Shown one piece after another: positions 25,266 to 36,874 of a stretch of 64,000 bases of DNA; the first letter of the stretch is position 1, and every line of letters begins with the position of its first letter. This stretch comes from Lama guanicoe (Eukaryota), in contig MU053557.1 in NCBI GenBank assembly GCA_013239625.1, positions 1,495,063 to 1,559,062 on the forward strand. The letters are read 5' to 3'. A program made the translations under genes and the position numbers. The notes below the pieces were generated by a model. The model saw nothing but the letters and a program-made list of their open reading frames with translations. It made no database searches and was not told the origin of the DNA.

Positions 25266-25566
25266 AACTATTGATGTTTGTGCCTCTTAATCCCATCCAC
25301 CTATTTTGCTCAATCCCCCCTCCCCTCCCCTTTGGTGACCAGAGGTTTGTTTACTGTTATCTATGAGCATGTTTCATTTTTTTCATTTTTTTCTTAAATT
25401 GAATTATAGTCAGTTTACAATGTTGAGTTAATCTCTGGTGTACAGCATAGTGATTCAGATATATATATATTATTTTTCACATTCTTTTCCATTATAGGCT
25501 ATTACAAGATATTGAATGAATATAGTTCCCTGTGCTATACAGTAGGACCTTGTTGTTTATCTATAC
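25266..25566 (-). mobile_element. Two L1 3' UTR fragments (about 25266-25378 and 25380-25566)
   Basis: CCCCTTTGGTGACCA; TATAGTCAGTTTACAATGTTG..TATAGTTCCCTGTGCTATACAGTAGGACCTTGTTGTTTATCTAT. Confidence 0.9.
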
Positions 25567-25619
25567 TTATTTATGCTGTATTAATAATCAACAAAAAATT
25601 AGAAGCAACCAAGAGGTCC

Positions 25620-26470
25620 TTGTGTTTTCATTCTCTTAACAGTGTCTTTCACAGAACAGAATCTTAAAATGTTTCATGTAGTACATGTTGTGGGTTGAAC
25701 TTTGTTCTCCCAAAAGATACACCCGAGTCCTAACCCCTAGTACTGGTCAATGTGACCCTGTTTAGAAATAGGGTTTCATTACACCTAATCAAGTCGAGAT
25801 GAGGACATACTGGATTAGGGTGGGCTCTAAATACAATGACTGGTACCTATATGAGAGAAAAGAGAGAAATTTAAACACACACATGGTGAAGAAGGCCTTG
25901 TGATGATGGAGGCCGAGAATGGAGTAAAACATCTACAAGCTGAAACACTGAGGGGTGCCAGGAGCTCCTAGGACCGAGGCAAGGAAGCATGCTTCCCTAG
26001 ACCCTTCAGAAGCAGCATGCTTCTGCCAACACCTTAATTTTGAACTTCTAACCTCCAGAAATGTGAGATACTAAATTCCCGTCATTTTAAGACACTTGGC
26101 TTGGGGTACTTTGCTGTGGCAGTCCTAGTAAACTGATATAGTCCAACTTTATATTTTTGTTTCCTTAAAGGATCATGTTTCTGGTGGTATATCTAAAAAC
26201 TCATCACCAAACCCAGTGTAACCTTGATTTTCTCCTGTGTGTTTTTCTAGAAGTTTCTAAGTTTTTCATTTTACATTTACAGATATGATCTATTTTGAGC
26301 TAATTGTTATGGAAGGTATAAGGGCTGTGTCTAGGTTCAATATTTCACATGTGGACACCTAATTTCTCCAACACTGTTTGTTGAAATGACAATCTTTTCT
26401 CAATTAAATTGCCATTGCACCTTTGTCAAAAACCAGTTAGCTATGTTCGTGTGGATTTAGGCTACTCTTT
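25620..26470 (-). mobile_element. Old L1 (L1MC/MD-like) ORF2 fragment split by MLT1C
   Basis: TTCATTCTCTTAACAGTGTCTTTCACAGAACAGAA..; resumes GTCCAAC..ATCTAAAAACTCATCACCAAACCCA. Confidence 0.85.
25686..26140 (+). mobile_element. MLT1C-like MaLR solo LTR, full length
   Basis: TGTTGTGGGTTGAA start, AAACTGATATA end, 5-bp TSD GTACA/GTCCA. Confidence 0.92.
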
Positions 26471-27102
26471 TTAATACTTGGTTACTTTCCATATATAATA
26501 TAAGCCATTCAGTTCTTTCATAATTTTTTATGTTTGCAACAGCAGATTTTATTACCATTCCTTCCCTCTAGATCGTTCATCAAAAAGAAAAAAAAAAGAC
26601 CCTTCAATTTCTCTAGGCGCTACACAAAAATGGTGATATAAATTTCTTACATCAACTGAAAATGATTCATAATCATTTCTTATTTCTATCTTCAGGCATT
26701 GAAGAAGATAAACTCTCCTTTGGAGTCACAGATTTAGAAAAATTTATATTATGAAATTTTAAATGTTGGGGTGTGTGGCTTTCTATATCAGCTGTGGAGG
26801 GATTCTGCATTAAGAAGAAACAAGAAAAGAGAGAAACTTATTATGAAATATGAGGTCCTGCTCTACAGATAACTCATTTTATGACTTCATGAAAATGCAA
26901 TAGTAACAGAACACTCCTCTTCCACCTGCACCCCGACACACGAAGCACTGTTAGGCACACAAATGTTACAAAGCAGGGTCCACAAGGACAGGGGCTTCAT
27001 CCTTCTTGGTGACTGCTGTATTCCCTACTCTAAGCACAGAGTCTCACACACAGCAAGTTGAATAAAAGAGGATGTCATTAGGGTTAATAATCTATGATAA
27101 AA

Positions 27103-27471
27103 TGGGTAACTTATTGATAGGCCATGGGTTGAATCTGGGTCACAGGTGTGGTTTAAGTGTCTCACATTTTAAAAGTTTAAAAAAAATAGTATTTTTTAAA
27201 AATGAATTAGTTTCCAACATTTTTAAATTGGCAAAATTCGGATAAAAATCCAGATTCCAGTCTTAGCTTGACAAAATTCAAAAGGTGCAGTAACACTGAG
27301 TCTTTATTCCCACTGAAACCACACTGAACAGTCATCCTCTGTCTGAAGAGGGCAGGTCCTCTGCACTTTGCCACCGATCCCACCACTCCTCCTTGTCAAA
27401 TGCATGGCCAGCTTTATGCATTTACCTTATCTACCTGATTCTCATAAACGTATTTGAGTTTTCAACCCTTG
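27103..27471 (-). mobile_element. MER102-like hAT-Charlie DNA transposon
   Basis: GAATTAGTTTCCAACATTTTTAAAT..ATAAAAATCCAGATTCCAG..ATTTGAGTTTTCAACCCTTG. Confidence 0.8.
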
Positions 27472-27894
27472 TTCTATAGACTTGAGGGTCTCACTATTTA
27501 CAAAGATTTCTGGGGGACTGGGAGAACAAACAAATTTCCTCATAATAATTTTCATAGTAAGAAAATGTCATCTGTCGAAAATCAGAGCTAGGCTAGGCTA
27601 GGCTATGTATTCTGTGCTAAATATTTGGCAAGAAATATATGTTTTATTCTTGAAGAAATTCTAGGTAGTAACTCCAGTTACTGTTCCTTTTTATTGCTGA
27701 GAGGTAACCATCCTGCTAAAAGGCACAGCAACTAGAAGGCAAAATAGGGCTAGAAGATCAAATCTAAACTCATAACCATCTCCCTATGATTTGAACCACC
27801 ATGTCAGCCCCATGAGAGCAGGATAAATTCATTTGGTGACTTGCGGGCATTCAAATTCATTCTTAGTGTTCTAGTGTGAGTGTAAGGAAAGACT

Positions 27895-28085
27895 AGACAG
27901 ATTGGAAATGACGTTACTACTTACCAGCTCTGTGACCTCAGCATGACCTTTAACCCCTTGTTTACACACATGGATAGTAAACCGGAACCTCGCTGCTTGC
28001 CATGAAGATTCAAGAAAACACAGAAAAAGCTTGTACCCAACTCTTGCTACACAGTCAATGCTCAATCTGTGGTCACTGTTGTTCT
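27895..28085 (+). mobile_element. MIR SINE
   Basis: CTACTTACCAGCTCTGTGACCTCAGCA..ATGCTCAAT. Confidence 0.7.
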
Positions 28086-28464
28086 TAAATATACGTCAGA
28101 GAGAAGTGCATTTTAGAGTTAGAGAATGAAAAGAACAGGGTCTGTAGACGGCCAAGACTGAGACATAATGAGAGGCACTTTTCTCAGAATAAATGGGAGG
28201 TGGAGGAGATAAACAGGGATCATGGGAAGCAAGGAAACACCAGGCACTACTGACCCGTGAGTGATGCTGATTCTGGACTGATTCCAAACTCCACATGACT
28301 GGTCCCAGGGATGGCCACAGGAGGCTAATACCAGGAGAACAAGGCCAAGAAACCTAAAGCCTTGGAACTTCATTTTTTTAAAAAATTTTTCCAAACATGC
28401 AAATCTCTCTGCAAGCCATCCAGCCACGGGTCACATAAGAAAGCAGTGAGCTTCCAGTTATAAG

Positions 28465-29143
28465 TGTCATCAAAGAGTTACTGAACATATACCGTATGTC
28501 AGGCTCTGTGCTATGTGAAGATACTTCAATAAATAAGACAGAGTTCTGGCCCTCTCTCCAGTTGTTCATTGTGAGAGTTTGGGTAGGTGGGATGGAATCA
28601 AGTAAACGGTCAATGACAACACAGAAGATTATGTAAAAGTTATCCGAGCAAAAAACAGAAGCAAGGCTTATAAGATCAAAGAAGCCTCTTTAGACAAAAT
28701 AAATGGTAAAAAGGGAAGTAAGCCAATACCGAGCTCTGTTGATCTGTATAAGTAAGTCGGGAACAGTGGTCAAAAGAGGACAGTGTTCCCGTTAGAGGAA
28801 ACAGCATGGGTACAAGCACAGAGAGAAGAGAGCTCATGATTTGTTTGTAGAATTTTGAGCCATTCAGAAAGCCCTGAATTTAGGAGTGAAATCACAAGGG
28901 CAAGTTAAAGAGCCTGAAGAAGAAAGAAAGATACAGGTCAAGAAAGACCTTGTGAACTATACTCAAGTGTTGGGAATTCATTCTCAAAGCTGTGGGGAAT
29001 CACCGATGTTTTAACAAAGTGTACACCTGAAGATGAGTGCTCTGGCTTCCATGAGGCAAAGGAACTGGGAGATGCTGGGGAGAAAACATTGAAGGCAAGA
29101 GATCACCTGGGAGAGCCCTGCAGTAACCCTGCTGAATGGTACC
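28465..29143 (-). mobile_element. L2 3' region
   Basis: ATGTCAGGCTCTGTGCTA..AATAAGACAGA..AGAGGAAACAGCATGGGTACAAGCACAGAG. Confidence 0.8.
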
Positions 29144-29586
29144 TGTAGCGGACACTGTGATATATGCTGCCCAGACCTCTCTTGAAGGAAGGACTTCTCA
29201 TCCCAGCCTTCAGCCCCATCAGGAAGGGTCTCAGCTGCAGAGAGCTGCCTGGCCCTGTGTCCCACCTTCCTGGGCGTCGAAAAGCCCACATCCAACGGCC
29301 ATTTGATGTATCAGTATGAAAGCTTGGCCATCTGTTCCCAGCACCTGACAGTGGTCATTCTAGGCCCAGAGCTCCATGTAGGATCGATCAACTGAGGAAA
29401 TCTTTGGGTCAACATCACAATTCAGCTTCTCTCCCAGTTTAGTTATGCATCCTCTCCTCTTCTGTAAGTTTGATCCCCTTCCCAAGTTTGATCCATTAAC
29501 AAACAAACAAACAACCCCCCCCAAAAAAACCCTGCACACTAGACTTCAAGTCTGAATATGCTTTCTGCAGAACGCTACCTGTGACA
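29144..29586 (+). mobile_element. LTR16A/B-like ERVL solo LTR
   Basis: TG..CA termini (TGTAGCGGAC..CCTGTGACA); CTCAGCTGCAGAGAGCTGCCT; CCAGAGCTCC. Confidence 0.85.
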
Positions 29587-30059
29587 GTTTCCTTCCATGT
29601 AGGAATGCCATCACACGGAACAGTGTGCCTCCATAAACACCTTTTAAATTATTTACGTCAATAATGACTAACAATGATAGAAAAAGAAGTGCTAAGATAC
29701 AAAGGAATTAGTAACTTTTTCTGAAAAGTTGCCAAACACGCTCACCTAAGTAATCTAGACCACTGAATTAGTACCCATTGGCCCAGAACAGGTTACATCA
29801 TTGGCTAGGGATAAGAGGTAAAACCCTATGACTTGGAGTTCTTAAATTTTACAAAACCAGAAATTCTGTATCCACACTGTACACAGTTCCATGAACGGTT
29901 CTGCAATTCCACAGATCACTCCGTATGCACAATGCTGTATCACACTGATGACTTCACAATGTAAAACACAACTGTGTTTTCTGTGTCAAGATTATTAACT
30001 CAGCTTGTATTGCATAGCTGCTAGCACGTATCACTGTTGACAAATACCACAGGGTATAC

Positions 30060-30067
30060 TGACGTCA
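30060..30067. promoter_or_regulatory. Full CRE palindrome in unique sequence
   Basis: TGACGTCA; motif match only. Confidence 0.25.
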
Positions 30068-31034
30068 TCTTGTGATTAGTCGTGCATTTGTAACTCATGT
30101 AAGTAACCTGTTTATCTGGAACAAGCTCATCCTGACTCCCGTCGTTTAGATGAAAGAGCCACAAGTCTCTACAGTGATGTTCTGGTTTCACATTTAATGC
30201 TGTATTTCCCTGAAGCCCTGTAACTTACGACTGAGATGTCTGCTTGGGGATACCACTAAGTTGTGCTGGCCTGAAAAATGAGAGCTCCTGGGTGGCTGAG
30301 CTTTCTTTTGACAGATATGTTGAAAAGCCCGCTGTCCAAACAACAAACTTGTTTTTCATTGTAGGAGAGCAAAAAAAAAATACATCAGAGCGTCCCAACC
30401 ATTTTGCTGTATGAGTTACTGGGGAAGCCTAGGCTCCGATGTCCCTAACTTCCAGGCTGCTGGCCCGTCCTAGGCTGGTTGCTTTTGGCTATAAGCAGCC
30501 CCATTCATTTTGCCCAGTGTGCCCTAGAGAAGTGGAAACATCTGTGATACATGGGAATACAGGGCAGCAAATTTAGATGATACAAATAAAAAGATGCATA
30601 CATAGTTGAAATCTCCACGTGTCCTCCAAAATTTTTGATTTCTAAATGCCTCTGATGACAACCTTATTTTAAAATTATTTTATTATGAAAAATTAATTCT
30701 GAAACTGAAATTAGGGTTAAAAAAAAGCAGAGTAATCTAATTTACTGTCTCTAATTAGATGAGTAGTTAAAAGTTAATGCTACCCACTCTGTAGTGTTTC
30801 CCAAACACATTTGAAGGTAGAACCCCCTGTCAGTGAGCCAGTGTGAAATGATGATTGAAGAGCAGTGTGTTTTTGCTGCAAACAAGTGAACTAACAGAAG
30901 TTGACTATTGATTTCCTGATGGTCCAAGTGTTGACCGAGTACAGAACAGGAAGTACTCCCAGGATGAGAATAAAAGTAATGCATGCCAGATAGAAACAAA
31001 GGATTGAATCACTGTTCTGAGGAAATTTAAAGCT

Positions 31035-31155
31035 GCAAGAATTCTTTAGAGATCTGAAGACCCAACCACTTCATTTTTCACATGTGAAAACTGAGATTCA
31101 GAATGAAAACAAAGATTCATCCGTGTCTGCATAGCAAACTGATGGGAGGACCAAC
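31035..31155 (-). mobile_element. MIR/MIR3 fragment
   Basis: TTCATTTTTCACATGTGAAAACTGAGATTCAGA. Confidence 0.65.
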
Positions 31156-31454
31156 CATATTCTTTTTTTAAATGAATGAACTAATATGCAAATGTATAAA
31201 TAATGCAGTTTAAAAACCACAGTTTGTTAAGAAAAGGAGGATCAGTGACACTTATGAGAATTTGAGAAAAATTAATTAGGTATTAGTAACTGCTTATACT
31301 AGGAAGGATAGCTGATAAGAAAAATTCTTAGTGTAAAGCTGCAGAAGAGATCTCTGGAAACAGAGAACATACAGAGAAACAAGATTGATGGATGAATTCC
31401 ATGAGGCCACAATGTCAGTGACAGCAGAAAGAGACATTCTTTAAACTTATGCAT

Positions 31455-31620
31455 AGTATAGTATATATTTTAATGTTATATATTTTATTATGTTATATAT
31501 GTTGATGTTATATATTTAATACTATATTTTCTCTGTTATATATTTGATATATATGTGGGTTATATATTTAATAGGTTATATATTGAATTACTTTCATATA
31601 TTTACATTATAATACGTAAT
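31455..31620. repeat. Degenerate AT-rich repeat with GTTATATATT motif
   Basis: GTTATATAT recurs six times. Confidence 0.8.
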
Positions 31621-31769
31621 GCAGTATTTTAAATAGTTTTGAAATACAAGTTTTTTAAAATGTTATGTGAAACAATACAAAAATACTATAAAATTCATGT
31701 ACCCTAATTAAATCTTGTATTTTGCTATATGTAGTAACCCTTTAATTATTCTTGAATCAGACACATGTA

Positions 31770-32660
31770 ATGTGAATATTTCCTGCCAGCCTGAACTTGT
31801 TTATTCATTTTCTTGGTGGTATCTTTTGAAGAGTTGCAATTGTGATTAAACTCAACAGATCAGTCTTTCTTCTATGATTCATGCTTTCAGGTCCTTGCCT
31901 ACTCCAAGACCACAAAGATACTCTCCTGCATTTCAGTCTAGAAGCTTTATACTTTTAGCTGTTATGTTATATGTATGATCCATCCCAAGTTAATTTTGTA
32001 TGTGTGAGGTAGAAGTCAAGATTATTTGATCATCATTTTGTAGAAAAGACTTTTCTTTTCCCCACTAAATTTCATTGGCATCTTTGTCAAAATTAATTGC
32101 CTATGTATTTTAAAAGCCCTTTTTAAACCCTCTATTCTTGTTTTATCAGTTTGAATAACCCTATACCAAAACCATACTGAACTGGTTATTGTACCTTAAT
32201 ACGTCTGGAAAGCAGGTAAGGTAAATTGCTCAACTTTGGGATTTTTTAGGTCTTTTTTAAAAGTGCTAATCTAGGTTATTTGCATTTTCAAATCATTAGA
32301 ATCAGGTTGCCAATTTCCACCAAAAAAAAAAAAAGATTCTTTAATTGAGACTGCATTAATTCAATAGGTCAACTTGAAAAAAGTTTGGATCTTAAAATTT
32401 TTGAATTTTCTAATCTTCAAACAGTACATTTCTTCATTCATGTAAGTCTTCTTTTAATAATTAATTTAAATTTCATTTTTCTAAATATCAAGATTTTGAC
32501 CTCTGCTTTCCTTTCATTTGCACTTGTCTGCTGTATAGTTTCATATCCTTTTATGTTTTAACCTTTCTGATATTGTTAACCGATATGCTTTTTTTATAGG
32601 TGAGTTATGGCCATTTATATTTAATAATATATTAAATATATTTAGTCTCAAGTAAGTCTT
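31770..32660 (-). mobile_element. Old L1M ORF2 fragment(s)
   Basis: TTGCCTACTCCAAGACCACAAAGATA..TCTAGAAGCTTTATA..TTAGAATCAGGTTGCCAATTTCCAC. Confidence 0.8.
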
Positions 32661-33539
32661 TTTGATATATTACATCAATACATACAAACCTTAATAGAAT
32701 TAGCTTTTGAAAATATGTTCCATTATATTTAATCTATTTCATTTTTTAAAACATGATTATGTATTCAAATAGGGTCCTATGTACTGATACCTTATATAAT
32801 ACCATTAGCGCCCTTTTCCCAGGGGAGACAGAGGCTTCTTGTCTACGCTTCTGTACCATGAACAATATTAAAACTACTTAACTCCGATACCGCTCCAATT
32901 GGATCTGATTTAAATAGACAATAACTTTAAAAAGTAGTTAAGAACTATAAAGCTGTCAAAATTATCAGATTTTTCATGAATCTTCCCATTCCCTTCGTTT
33001 TTGACAATTATATTCTATATAAATTATCAGAACATAAGGCCAGTTCCTCACTGAGGTTTAGCTCTAAGTATGTGAAGATACATTTAATGCTCACCACCAG
33101 ACTCTAAAGAGTTAAATATCTATCATGAGACATACCCAAATCAGGTACAGTATTCTTCTGAATGAGTAAAAAAAATGTTTAAAGAGAATTAAGCACAACC
33201 GAACTGAATTCAAGTTTCAATGACTAAGAATCTGTAAAGTACAAAATATTTTTCCAAATATATTTAAGAACTGTAGCAATTACGAAGAACACCATGTCCC
33301 CAAACCCCTCCTTTCATAGTTGTGGTGATCCCAAAGGTCTAGATGTTGCATAGGTCAGCTAACCATTTCGTTATTTCTTCAAGCTGGTGCCTGGTTCGTT
33401 GTTCGTTTGTTTGAGCCTAGCATAAAGCCATTGATGGAAATTCGGGCTTCGGCACTATTAGGACCATGGCATTTTGTCAACACAATACAAATCCTCAACT
33501 CCATCCATCTGATTTTTTAAGCTCTGTGGCCACAGGTAG

Positions 33540-33722
33540 CATTGGGAATAGCTCAGTCTTGGAGTCAAGCAGTTATAGATTCAAGCCTTAGCTCTGTCTA
33601 ACTAGTTGTGTGAACTAACTCATCTATCTGTGAGTTATTTTACTTCTCTGAACTTCAGAACTTGACAACAATGGTACAAGTCCTTAAGATGTTGTCAGAA
33701 TTAAATAACACTTGTAAGGCAT
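33540..33722 (+). mobile_element. MIR SINE
   Basis: TTGGAGTCAAG..GATTCAAGCCTTAGCTCTG..ACTAGTTGTGTGA. Confidence 0.75.
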
Positions 33723-33980
33723 CCCAAAGGAAAGGAGAAAAATCAAACAGAAGCTATATCTTGGTACAGAGGTATTGCTTAAGGGTTGTTTCTTACCTAA
33801 TGGAAAAGAAGTAAACACCGCTATGTTAAGTTAACCATGTAACCCTGATAGGACTGCAAGCGTGGGATAAAAGTGGAGGCTAAAATCGTGTGGCAGTGCT
33901 CCATTTCAGGTCATCCCCCAGAGCATTCAGAGTCTTAGATTACTTTTATAGTATTATCTAATAGAAATTAAGCTTGTTTA

Positions 33981-34210
33981 AATTCGAGATTTGAAGATAC
34001 TTATATATATATAAAATAAACAACAAGTTTATACTGTATAATATAGGTAACTAATTCAATATCTTGTAGTAACTTATGGTAAAAAAGAATTTGGAAATGA
34101 ATATATGTATGTTCATGTATGACTGAAGCAATGTGCTGTACACCACAAATTGACACACATTGTAAACTGACCACACTTCAATTAAAAATACATATATATA
34201 TATATATATG
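33981..34210 (+). mobile_element. Young lineage-specific L1 3' end with (TA)n tail
   Basis: Closely matches 24905-25090 in this window (AACTTATGGT..GTATGACTGAAGCA..GCTGTACACC..TGTAAACTGAC). Confidence 0.92.
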
Positions 34211-34891
34211 TACGAAAAAAATCTTACAGTGATTCAGTGGTCTCCTGAGATCACATCTGTAAACCCTGGGCTTAGAATTACAGTTTACTGTATCTTTCTC
34301 TCTTCCTCTTCCCAGCAACATGGGAAATGTGACAGTTACAATTGGGCAGCCATCTGCGAGCTTGATGGAAAGCACTGTATGGTCTGCTATGTCTTTATAC
34401 AGAAACATTAATTAATGGAATTCACTCTGGGCTCACCCACATTTAATTAACTGGATTAATTGAATTTCCACTGACTACAAAAAGTATGATAGCACCAACT
34501 TGAAGGGACTACTTCATTGTTACAATTACAAAGGCAACATTTCATGCGGATGGCTGTCCTATAAAACCCCAAGGACATATTTAGGGACGAGTGAGTTTCC
34601 TGGGACTGATCATCAGTGTTGTGTCTTGGTACTCACTCTCTAGCACGCGCGATGCCTCTGCTGGCTGTATAATCGTGCTCCGTGACTATCAGCAGAGTGT
34701 GACAGAACTGGAGCCACTGATATGCTGTCTTTTACCTTCCCAGTTTGCTTCCATTTGGAAATATGGAGGTGAAAGGACATTCTAAAGACAGTACAGTTGA
34801 TTTTTTTTCTGATTAAGAAAAGAAAACAGGCTACTTGTAGAAAATTGGCAAAATACAGCGAGCAAGGCCAAAGAAATAAAAATAACACATA

Positions 34892-35080
34892 AAGGCTAAC
34901 CTATACTGAGTAGTTAATACACGCCACATGGTGTCCTAATACTTTATTTTCAAAACTTTATATATCAAATTCTTATAACAACCCTCTGAAAGCATTATTT
35001 TGTATTATTATTACTATTCATTTTACACAGTAAAGGAAATTAAGGCTTTGATAGGTGAAGAAACTTGTCCAAAGTCACAC
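34892..35080 (-). mobile_element. MIR SINE, probably within an L1ME 3' end remnant (about 34810-35150)
   Basis: CATTTTACACAG..GGAAATTAAGGCT..ACTTGTCCAAAGTCACACA. Confidence 0.7.
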
Positions 35081-35234
35081 AAAAACGTATCCATAACTCC
35101 ACCTTTCAGAGACAAGCACCCTTAATAGTTTAATAGTTTTGCCCCCTATGCATCTATCTTATTTGTATCATGACTATGCTAGGCAAGGTAAGTATCTTCT
35201 GTCCATCTTTGTAGCAAAATTTTGAAATGAATTC

Positions 35235-35382
35235 AATCATTTCTGTTATGAAGATGACAAAACCAAGATTTAGTTTGATTAATCTGCTGTGGGTCATATA
35301 GTAGTAGGTACCAGAGCCCAGATTTTAACCCATGTTCCTCTGACCTCAAAGCATGTAGCCTTTTAAATATACATCACTGCCT
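35235..35382 (-). mobile_element. MIR fragment
   Basis: CAGAGCCCAGATTTTAACCCATG..TCTGACCTCAAAGC. Confidence 0.65.
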
Positions 35383-35899
35383 GTTTTCTCACTATTAAAG
35401 TTACATCAGTGCTGGGATTTAAGCCTTCGACCCCCAGACACAAAGACTATGTTTACTGGGTCACTCTCCCACTTGGGGTCAAATTAGGTCTCCCATCATG
35501 GGACACATTTCTTTCTGTATAGTGTACAAAAGACATCAAACATAGAAGGGTGTGGCTTTGATCTCCAAATTTCATTACTGGGATGAAATTCTGGAATTCT
35601 GTTAACAATTAGTTCATTTAGCATCATTTAGTTCATCTGCATTGGAGGAAATCACCTTTGGTACTCCCACTCACCGCTGCATAAGTTTTAGTTGAAAAAC
35701 CCACTTTAGAAGATAATTTGGCTGTATGTTTTGAGAGCCAGGAATTGGTCCTTAACTTTTGGGTAAGTTATACATTTTACAGTTTTTCACAATGGAAGTC
35801 GTAGGGTATACATAGACCTTACTCTTCTTTTTTTAAAAGCATATTAAGTTATGAGTATTCCTCTGTATTACCTAAGAAGTTCCGTAAATAAAACCTTCA

Positions 35900-35980
35900 G
35901 TGTATTTAATTTAGTAATATAGAACAACGCCTAACATAGTAGAGACTCAGGAAATATTTGTTGAATGAATAAATGAGTAT
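35900..35980 (+). mobile_element. L2 3' terminus
   Basis: GCCTAACATAGTAGAGACTCAGGAAATATTTGTTGAATGAATAAATGA. Confidence 0.85.
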
Positions 35981-36069
35981 GAAAGTACTACTAATAATTA
36001 ATCCATCTTCTACTGAGAACATCTAGGAGTTTCCTAATTTACAACTATGATAAACTACACTATCATGAA

Positions 36070-36540
36070 TGATGGCAGATTGAACACATACAACTGTTTC
36101 CACTGACTTTGGAAACTTTGCTGCAAGTGATAAAAGAGGGATTTTTGCAGCATAAACATAGACCCAAAGGATAAAAAGAAAAGGCCAAGAAATGACAAGG
36201 ACAAACTTTTACAAGTTGGAAAGCAAAAGGATGAGTTGTAATCGAATTAGTAGTTACGCAAATAGGAAATAAGCCAGCAGTGGCAAAATGGAGAAGCAAA
36301 CCAGTCTGCTGCCGAAGCGACCAAAGATTCAGAGATCGGTGGCACCAGGTACCTCGCAAGAAAAGGGCGCCGCTGCAGAAAGACTGATTGGTTGGAAGAC
36401 CTAACTCTCCATTTCCAGACACCTGCCCTTTCCAGCCTAAGGAAAGGTTGTAGGTTAGTTCTGCAGAAGGGACAAGCAGGGAGTCTTTAGAGTAGGGGCT
36501 ATTCAGCACAGCTGAGGGTAACGTGCCACAGTGAACATAC
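36070..36540 (+). mobile_element. HAL1 (half-L1) 5' region
   Basis: GATGGCAGATTGAACACA start; GGAAAGCAAAAGGATGAGT; TAAGCCAGCAGTGG; GGTGGCACCAGGTACCTC. Confidence 0.7.
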
Positions 36541-36874
36541 AACTGGTCATTTCCAGGCAAGTCGTGTGTAACCACTGTTCATCAGAATAGCCTATTAGTA
36601 GGAAGGAGCAAAGTCATCTCATCCTCCTCCCCTGCCTTTCATCGCTCGAGCCAAGAGAGGCCCCTGCCTTGGGTACTGTTTTGTTAAAGGCCCCGACAAG
36701 CGTAAGCACTCACAAAAATAATAATTTATTACAAAACATATGGGCGCATCTGTCACGCAGCCCTGGCACAGAGCAGCCCTTAACCTCAACAGTTTCTCTC
36801 ATAGCTAATACCACACAGGTCCCAGGGAAGTATTACCTGCATCTCTTACCCTAGGAATCATCTTTATTCAGAAG

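Noticed and set aside
26696..26754. Plus-strand acceptor TTTCTATCTTCAG followed by IEEDKLSFGVTDLEKFIL
   Set aside because: Stop within 20 codons, no paired donor, peptide unrecognised
31455..31620. Recurring GTTATATATT motif with variable spacers, superficially array-like
   Set aside because: Short AT low-complexity units with irregular spacing in mammalian DNA; not a CRISPR array
36063..36575. 170-aa minus-strand ORF
   Set aside because: Antisense to a HAL1-like repeat, non-ATG start, no protein similarity I can recognise
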